This document shows, one piece after another, positions 54,069-64,000 of a stretch of 64,000 bases of DNA. The notes beneath the pieces were generated by a model that saw only the letters and a program-made list of their open reading frames with translations, was not told where the DNA came from and did not search any database. Both the position numbers and the translations under genes were made by a program. Origin of the DNA: Octopus sinensis (lineage: Eukaryota); contig NC_043012.1 in the NCBI RefSeq assembly GCF_006345805.1, positions 7,006,001 to 7,070,000 of the forward strand. The letters run 5' to 3'. Each line of letters begins with the position of its first letter. The stretch's first letter is position 1.

Positions 54069-54748
54069 ATGAAGACATGCAAAACGCATAACAAACACAC
54101 AGAACTCAAAATATATTGTCAACAAGAGAAACCTTACGTGGTCGGTAGACAGGCTAGAAATAGCAGCCAAACTACACTAAAATCTCAACGGCCAACGCTT
54201 AACATCGGAAACGACATGTGCGAACGTATCATTTTGCGTTCCCCACACATTGAAGATAAATGCACACACACACACACACACAAAAAAACCCCAAAAAACC
54301 CCAACCGGGACGGGCATGGATAGAACGCTTTTGATCATATATCTTCTCGTTTAGGTCTGAACTGGCGCTCAACAACAACAACAACAAACGTATAACACAC
54401 ACGTTATACAACCTGGCGCGCAGTTGACGTTACTTGAGAGAAAACGGTGCGAGAAAAAAGAAAGAAAGCAAAAAGGATGGAGGCGGGGGGGGGGTAAGAT
54501 GGTTGTGATGTTGTGATGTTGTTGTTATTATTGTTGTCATCTGAAGGGGAAACTTATTATTCCTATACCTCTTCCTCCCTCTCTCTCTCTGTCTCCTTTA
54601 CACTCCGGCTTTTGTTTTTTTATTTATTTATTTATACTATTATTCTTTCTGTTTCTTTCTCCTTGTTTCTCTCTTTCTCTCTCGCTTGTTCTATTAGTAC
54701 TAACATACACACACACACACACACGCACACACATACATAAATTCATTC

Positions 54749-54801
<53 letters not shown>

Positions 54802-55136
54802 TGCTAATACGGTCATACATAATATAGACAAACACACATTCATGCATAAATACAAACGTACATATAAATACATATACACACGAGTATACATACAAACATA
54901 AATACATAACGCACACACATACACACGCACGCAAGTATTTGTGTGTGTGTGTTTGTGTGCGTGTGTAAACGCAGTCCTTTATTTCTACCTTTATCTTCGC
55001 TCCCGACCCCCACAGCCATACCCCCTACCCTGTTTTATTTTACACACATTTCTGCCCACCCTCACCGCTTCACCGTCACCTTCCCTCTTGCGTTCACCGA
55101 CCCACTCTCTTATTACTTTCTGCCTGTCATTCCCTT

Positions 55137-55176
<40 letters not shown>

Positions 55177-55504
55177 ATCTTCAATTCCTCTTTCTTTACT
55201 TTCGTTTCTTTCTTTGATTTTTACTTGTATTTTTTATATATCTTTTTTCTTATGTTATTTTTAGAAAATCTCCTCCATCCTCCATCCCATTAGCAGTTGC
55301 ATGTATTGGAGTTACTCCCTCCCCCCATATCAGCTGTTTCACTCTACAACCTCACAACACCAAACACTTAACAAAAACGCACCAAATTTAAGCTTATACG
55401 AAATTGTCCTAGCCATTAGGCTCTACTTTCGCTTTCGTTTTCCACACAACTTGTGTTATTACTGGCTCCGCTCATTTTTATTCTACTCATATATCTCCAA
55501 TATC

Positions 55505-55652
55505 ACCATTACCATCGTCATCGACGTCACCATCATCATTGTCATCATCATCATCGTCATCATCATCATCGTCATCATCATCATCGTCATCATCATCATC
55601 GTCATCATCATCATCGTCATCATCATCATCGTCATCATCATCATCGTCATCT
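55505..55652. repeat. (CAT)3CGT 12-mer trinucleotide-derived array
   Basis: Direct reading. Confidence 0.95.
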
Positions 55653-57102
55653 TCCTTATCGGTCAGAGGATTGCTTCTGTTTGCTTTCTCCGGCTTTCGC
55701 GCGCTTCTCATGTCTCAGCTGCTGCTACTGCTTCTTAAATTGTTGTTGTTAATTGTGTTGGTGGTGGTCGTGGTGGTGGTCGTGGTCGTCCTCATAGTCA
55801 TCGCCACCGTGATAACTCTGGTAGTGTTGTCACAGTTGGTGGTTAATAGTTGAATTGTATTGAGGGGCCTGTGGGCCTACCCTCAAAACCAGCTACATGC
55901 TATTTTCTTTACCTATCTATCCACCTCTCACCATCTACCTTTCTTTCTGCCTTTCATTCTGTCTTTCTTTCTATCTATCTCTTCTTCTTTCACATATACG
56001 GTCTCTCTCTCTCACTTGTGTATTTGTATGTATGCATCTATGTGTGTGTGTATGTATGTATGTATGTATGTATGTATAGATGGATGGATGGATGGATGGA
56101 TGTATGCGTGCAGACAGTCATCAATCCATCTGTAAGTTTGTCTATCTATTCCTGTCTATCGCCGTTCGTTCACCGTTTACTTTTCCACCCCGCTCGCTCT
56201 TTCTCTTTCCCTATATAGAACAAGCCTACCGTTATAACTACATATACATACATTCATACATGTGTGTGTGTGTGTGTGTGCGTGCGTGTGAAACTGTGTG
56301 TGTTTGTATGTATATGTATGTATATGTATGTATGTAACTATGCATGTATGTATGCATGGTTGACAATGTATTGAACTCACACACACACACGCACACACAC
56401 GCACACATATATATATATATACATAGATACATAGGTATGTACATACATCAATCCATCCACCTATACATACAAGCATACAAGCATTCATACTTACATGCAA
56501 GCATATATACGTATATATACGCATACATACACACATACATATATACATACATATACATACATACGTACATACGAAAGTACATAATGCATACTTACATACG
56601 TACACGCATACGTACGTACATAAATGCATACATATATGCATCCATCCATCCATTCATACATACACGCATATATATATACATGCACACATACATACATACA
56701 TACATGCACTCATACAGTACTACATACATACACACATACATACATACATCGTACGTACATACCTACATACATACATGCATGCATACAAGCATACATTACT
56801 ACATACATGCATACATACATGCATACATCCATACATACACCTGCGTTCTTATCTGTCTGGCTATCTTTCTATCTCTCCCTTATCGTGTCTTCGTTTCGTA
56901 AATGTTTATTTTTTCCCCTCTCGTTGCTATTATCTTTTTATCGTTTCTCACCTTCCTCATTCCACCCCCACCCCCACGTCTCTTTTTCTCTCTTTCTTTC
57001 TCTCATGAGATTGTGTCTTATTTACCCAGTAACAACCCATAGCAGTGTGCGTTTAACACGCGCGTAGTACACACATACACACTTGTACAAATAGGTACAG
57101 AG

Positions 57103-57141
<39 letters not shown>

Positions 57142-57146
<5 letters not shown>

Positions 57147-57242
57147 GCACGCTTCTGTACACACAAAATCATACTTCGCTCGCTTCTCGCTTAAATTGAG
57201 ATAGAGCTGGAGATAGCAACACACACACAAGCACACACACAT

Positions 57243-57280
<38 letters not shown>

Positions 57281-57400
57281 GCACGCTTCTGTACACACAA
57301 AATCATACTTCGCTCGCTTCTCGCTTAAATTGAGATAGAGCTGGAGATAGCAACACACACACAAGCACACACACATACACGCACACACACACACACACAC
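57142..57400. repeat. Direct tandem duplication, period 134 bp
   Basis: CAGAGGCACGCTTCTG...GAGATAGCAACACAC is identical at 57142 and 57276 and is bounded by (CA)n. Confidence 0.9.
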
Positions 57401-57659
57401 ACACATACACGCACGCACACACACACGCATACACGAAGACACACACGCATACACGAAGTCACACACGGAAATACACTTTCCAAAACACACAGACAGACGA
57501 ATAGACAGACGGCTGAATAGGTAGACACACACACAGACATACAGACATAAAGACAGACAGACGGACGGATAGATGGCCAGACAGACACACAGACAGCCCC
57601 ACAGACGGACGGACGGACGGACGGACGGACGAACGGACAAACGGATGGATGGGCAGCTA

Positions 57660-59323
<1,664 letters not shown>

Positions 59324-59416
59324 CTTCACCAGGTGTCTTGAGTAAATTTCGAACCTGGGTTCTCATTCCTAAGGTATTTTTTGATGATATTATTATCATT
59401 CCAAGCAGTGACCTGA

Positions 59417-59450
<34 letters not shown>
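59324..59450. mobile_element. Second, truncated copy of the PLE-derived fold-back element
   Basis: CAGGTGTCTTG...GAACCTGGGTTCTCATTCCTAAGGTATTTTT, followed by the same inversion junction, ATT-CCAAGCAGTGACCTGAAT-(AAT)n. Confidence 0.75.
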
Positions 59451-59451
<1 letters not shown>

Positions 59452-59609
59452 TCGCAAATTGCTGAAAAATATGCATAAATTCTTTGGCAAATATACACCC
59501 ACCATACATGCATGTATATACACATGACACTTGTATGCATATATATATATACCAACTTGTGAATACCATGCACATGCATACAATATACACTTATATACAT
59601 ATATATACA

Positions 59610-59990
59610 TGGCGTGGCTAGGTGCAGATGTGGCCGTGTGGTAAGAAGGTTGTTTTGCAAACATATTGTTCCGGTTTGAGTCCCACTGCATAGCACCTTG
59701 GGCAAGCATCTGGGGATTTAGTAGACGGAAACCGAAAGAAGCCCGGCATGTATATATATATATATGTGTGTGTGTGTGTATTTAAGTATGTGTATGTGTG
59801 TTTGTCTCACCCACTATCGCTTGGCAACCGATGTTGATGTGTTTACGTCCCCGTGACATAGCGGATCGGCAAAAGAGACCAATAGAATAAGTACTAGGCT
59901 TACAAAGAATAAGTCCTGGGGTTGATTTCTTCGACTAAAGGCCGTGCTACAGCATAGCCAAATGACTGAAACAAATAAATGAATAAAAGA
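59610..59990 (+). mobile_element. SINE-A
   Basis: Family A blocks. Confidence 0.85.
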
Positions 59991-60192
59991 ATGTGTGTGT
60001 GTATGTGTGTGTGTCTATATAATAATCTAATTTGTACATTACAAATATCATTTGTAAGTGGAACAATTAATATATGTGAGACTATTCTCAAGTTTTAAAA
60101 TGTGAATTTGTTTTTGTTGTTATCTAAATTTCGGTGATTAAGCTTTGTATCTTTGTTAGAAACCAGCTCCTTCTTTACCGGAAAACTACAGT

Positions 60193-60402
60193 TACTCTTT
60201 TACTCTTTATTTGTTTCAGCCATTTGACTGTGGCCATGCTGGAGCACTGCCTTTAGTCGAGCAAATCGACCCCAGGACTTATTCGTTGTAAGCCTAGTAC
60301 TTATTCTATCCGTCGCTTTTGCCGAACCGCTAAGTTACGGGGACTTAAACACACCAGCATCGGTTGTCAAGCGATGTTGGGGGGACAAACACACACACAC
60401 AA

Positions 60403-60455
<53 letters not shown>

Positions 60456-60624
60456 TATATACGACGGGCTTCTTTGATTTTCCGTCTACCAAATCCACTC
60501 ACAAGGCTTTGGTCGGCCCAAGGCTATAGTAGAAGACACCTGTCCAAGGTGCCACACAGTGGGACTGAACCCGGAACTATGTGGTTGGTAAGCATGTCAT
60601 TTACCACACAGCCACTCCTACGCC
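60193..60624 (-). mobile_element. SINE-A, full length
   Basis: Reverse complement of the family A blocks. Confidence 0.9.
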
Positions 60625-60764
60625 TAAGTAAAAATAGATGAGAACATACATACATGCATACATACATACATACATACATACATACATACATACATACATA
60701 GAAGTATAAAATGTGAACGTATATACGCAGATAAACACACTCACACATACATATAGTTAAAAGA

Positions 60765-61125
60765 ACTGTAGCCCAGCGTCGACCAAAGCCTTCTGAGCGG
60801 ATTTGGTTGATGGAAACTGAAAGAAGCCCGTCGTGTATGTGTGTGTGAGCGTGCTCGTGTGTATGTGTGTGCATGTGCATATGTATGTAAGCGTGTGTGT
60901 GTGGTGTATTTATCCTCACCACCACTTGACAACCGGCGTTGGTTTGTTTACATTCGCGTAAATTTGCAATTAGCGTAAATTAGCAATTCATTAACATTAA
61001 AGACTGATTAAAAAAAAACCCCACTAAACTTCAAAAATATACAAACTGGGGTATCTCCGACTAAACTCTTTGAGGCAGTGGCCCAGCATAGCCGCAATCT
61101 AATGACCGAAACAAGTAAAATATAA
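60765..61125. mobile_element. SINE-A fragments (minus-strand 5' half, plus-strand 3' half)
   Basis: ACCAAAGCCTT...GAAAGAAGCCCGTCG, then CTTGACAACCGG...GAAACAAGTAAAA. Confidence 0.6.
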
Positions 61126-62044
61126 AAGATATCAGAGGCAAATAAACATAGTCGACACTTCTTGTGGCATTAGAATAGATCAGAAATATGGCGTTTGTTG
61201 GTATCTTGCGGTCATGCTTGCTGGAGTGACTGCATTCGAAAATGTATCTTCTCTTTTAGATCCCATCATTGAAAGCCTTACCAAAGCTTGCTCAACGATA
61301 TTCACACCAGAACGATTGTTTACAAAGTTATATATCTTTTAGAAAGAAAATTCCAAGGAAAGATGCTCTATTAATGGTGTTTCTGTGAAGACTAGCTTGC
61401 CACAAAGGCTAAGTTGCCACAAAGGCTAGCTTGCCACTAAACATGCTAATAGTCACATAACCAACCATAAAAGAATACGAAGCCATCGAATGATGGTCTA
61501 TGTAGTTTTCAGACGTGCTAGAAATAGCAGTAATGTCTGTTTCAGGTCATCGCAACCTCACATTTTGCGAGTTAACCGGAAAGCCGTTCCTTGGTCGAGT
61601 GCCTGTTAGAAATAACTGGAAAATTTCGCTCGAATTTCACCCTATGATCTTCGAGAGTGGATGTTTTGGACGGCGTGGTTTCGGATTCTCTGTTGTCTTG
61701 TAAAAGAAAAATAAATAATTATCTATTATTCATTAATGGTGACATCGACAGAATGTGTTTCTCATGGGTAAAGAGGATGGAAGAAAGTGAAGATCAATGA
61801 AGACAGTCTTTGAGTATGGCTTCACACAGACAGCGTCTGTTGAACAACAATGACAATTTAAGTATAATGGCGATGATGGACTCTCCCGTCGAAAACGACA
61901 TATGAAGCTTTTGTCGAACGACCTGCACAAATGATTTGTTGATAGTGATCAAATGTATGTGCCGCACATTAGCTCACACACTCCATCAAATCGACATTGT
62001 TTGAACAGGTGCACAGTGTGCCGCGTGTCAGGTGTCCTAGTGAT

Positions 62045-62165
62045 CTTAGAGCAACGTGTGATGAAGTGTTTTGCTTAAGAACACAACGCATCACCCGGTC
62101 TAGGAATTGAAATCACAACCTCGCTCTCGTGAGCACAATACCCTCACCACTAGGTCATACGTCCT
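62045..62165 (-). mobile_element. SINE C/D-type head remnant (a similar head lies at 10040-10180 on plus)
   Basis: GCTTAAGAACACAACGC...GGAATTGAAATCACAACC...ACCACTAGGTCATACG. Confidence 0.6.
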
Positions 62166-63509
62166 CACAATAACATTAATAATAATTACGGAGATGTACT
62201 TGCATAGCAAGTGACCTGATCTGAGATTGTGTGCTGGAACGAAAACAATTGCAGTGTGGAAGGTGTTTATAAGCCATTTAAGAAACACAAAATCCGTTAG
62301 ATTCACTTCAATATTTAAATTTAATTTGCCAAACTATTTTCGCCGCTTTGATACCGCGACCTGTTCACTGACAAAATAATAATAATAATAGTGCTCGAAA
62401 GTGAAGAAAATAGTATCGGCTGAATCAGTAGAGGACTCTTTAAGAATTATTCATTTCTTGAGGACGAGCCATCCGACACAAGAATTACTGGACAAGAGTA
62501 CTTTAACAAAAAAAAAATAATTGTAGGAGAAACACAAGGCTTACACTCTTAGAAAAGGTCTTACAAGAGTATACTGTAAAGAATGTTACGTAGGAGCTAA
62601 TATATACATAAGTGAGAGATGTAAGGCAAATATATTCAGTCAATTAAAACTACCCAGCCGATGAAAAGAAATAAAATCTTTTGTTAAGTAAAGCCAAGGA
62701 GAGAACTCTGTGATTCAAAATGACTTAAAATTGAATTCAAGTATGTAGCGAGGAGAGAGTCTGATCTTTAATAAGTACGAAGGGGGTGGGGAGCAACAGC
62801 TGACAGGTTTCGGTCTCATTACACCTCCTCAGTGTAATGTTGTCATACTTGTACTTACCAGACCTGTGAATGATAGTGAAAGTGTACAAGTTTTGAATAA
62901 AAAAAACTATTCACTGAAATGTAATGATGATGCTGTATTAAGAGGAAACGCAGCCTCCTTTAGAATTGCTACATATTACAACATATCGTACTGCGGAAAT
63001 TTTGCTTTTGAAATCTAAGAGCTAGAGATATCTACATAGGATGTAATGAACTAAAGAGACTGTGCGAAGTGACCAAATATGTCGATAATGTCAAATTTTT
63101 GTCACAGATATGAAACGTGTGGTCAGTAACTGTCAAACCAAATCATTAACTATTGAGAAATTCGTAGACTTCACATCTAGATTATAACTTGCGATTTTCC
63201 CCTATAATTAACAGCAGATAGTTATGTAATAAACTGCCAAAGCACATTTGTGGCAAGCTAGCCTTCACAAAACGAGAAGACGACTCATGAGAAAACTGAA
63301 ATTACAAGCTATTAATACAATTATTAAAAAAAAGGCGGGTAAATTATTCGTGTATTTACATGCGTAGGGACAAACGGACGTAAGACAAACTGTAGAAGAT
63401 CAAATACGCAAAGAGAAGCATGCATGCGTGCTTGCAGAGACATGCATGCATGTGTATATGCATGCATTCACATACACAGACATAGAGATACGTTCGTGTA
63501 ACTCTTTCT

Positions 63510-63790
<281 letters not shown>

Positions 63791-64000
63791 GATATATATA
63801 TGTATATATCAAAGTGCCAATGCACGGAGCTCTCGGAATTTGAGTTACTCTGTTACTTTGCTAAATATTAATAAAAAATATGCAAATGCATCAGCATACC
63901 TACACACACACACATCCACAAACACCACACATACATATGTATATGTACGTATGTATTTATGCATATGTGTGTGTGTGTGTGTGCCTGTGTGTTTGTACAA

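Noticed and set aside
61392-61437. Short direct repeats as a CRISPR-like array (also 15051-15250, 57142-57400)
   Set aside because: No unique spacers, too few units, and a eukaryotic context.

Overview
AT-rich, repeat-saturated eukaryotic DNA whose SINE and microsatellite content is typical of an Octopus genome (inference from recalled repeat families; no search was run). There is no intact multi-exon gene, rRNA, tRNA gene or CRISPR array. Almost all ORFs in the supplied track are translations of microsatellites. The window contains dozens of tRNA-derived SINEs (at least 5 families, labelled A-E here), a full-length but broken cecropia-type (Hsmar1-like) mariner, mariner, pogo and piggyBac-like MITEs, a canonical non-autonomous Helitron, RTE, R4/Dong and Tx1/L1 LINE fragments, Penelope-derived elements with minimal hammerhead motifs, and a 100-N gap. 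One credible host exon, on the minus strand at 50369-50486, encodes a signal-peptide-like sequence and ends in a phase-1 CAG|GTAAGA donor. The most notable system is a Tx1-like LINE whose four copies all end in (TCTA)n/(GATA)n arrays, two of them with array on both sides, which suggests GATA-microsatellite targeting. Second is a fold-back Penelope-derived element carrying an intact-looking minimal hammerhead ribozyme. Coordinates of degraded repeats are approximate.
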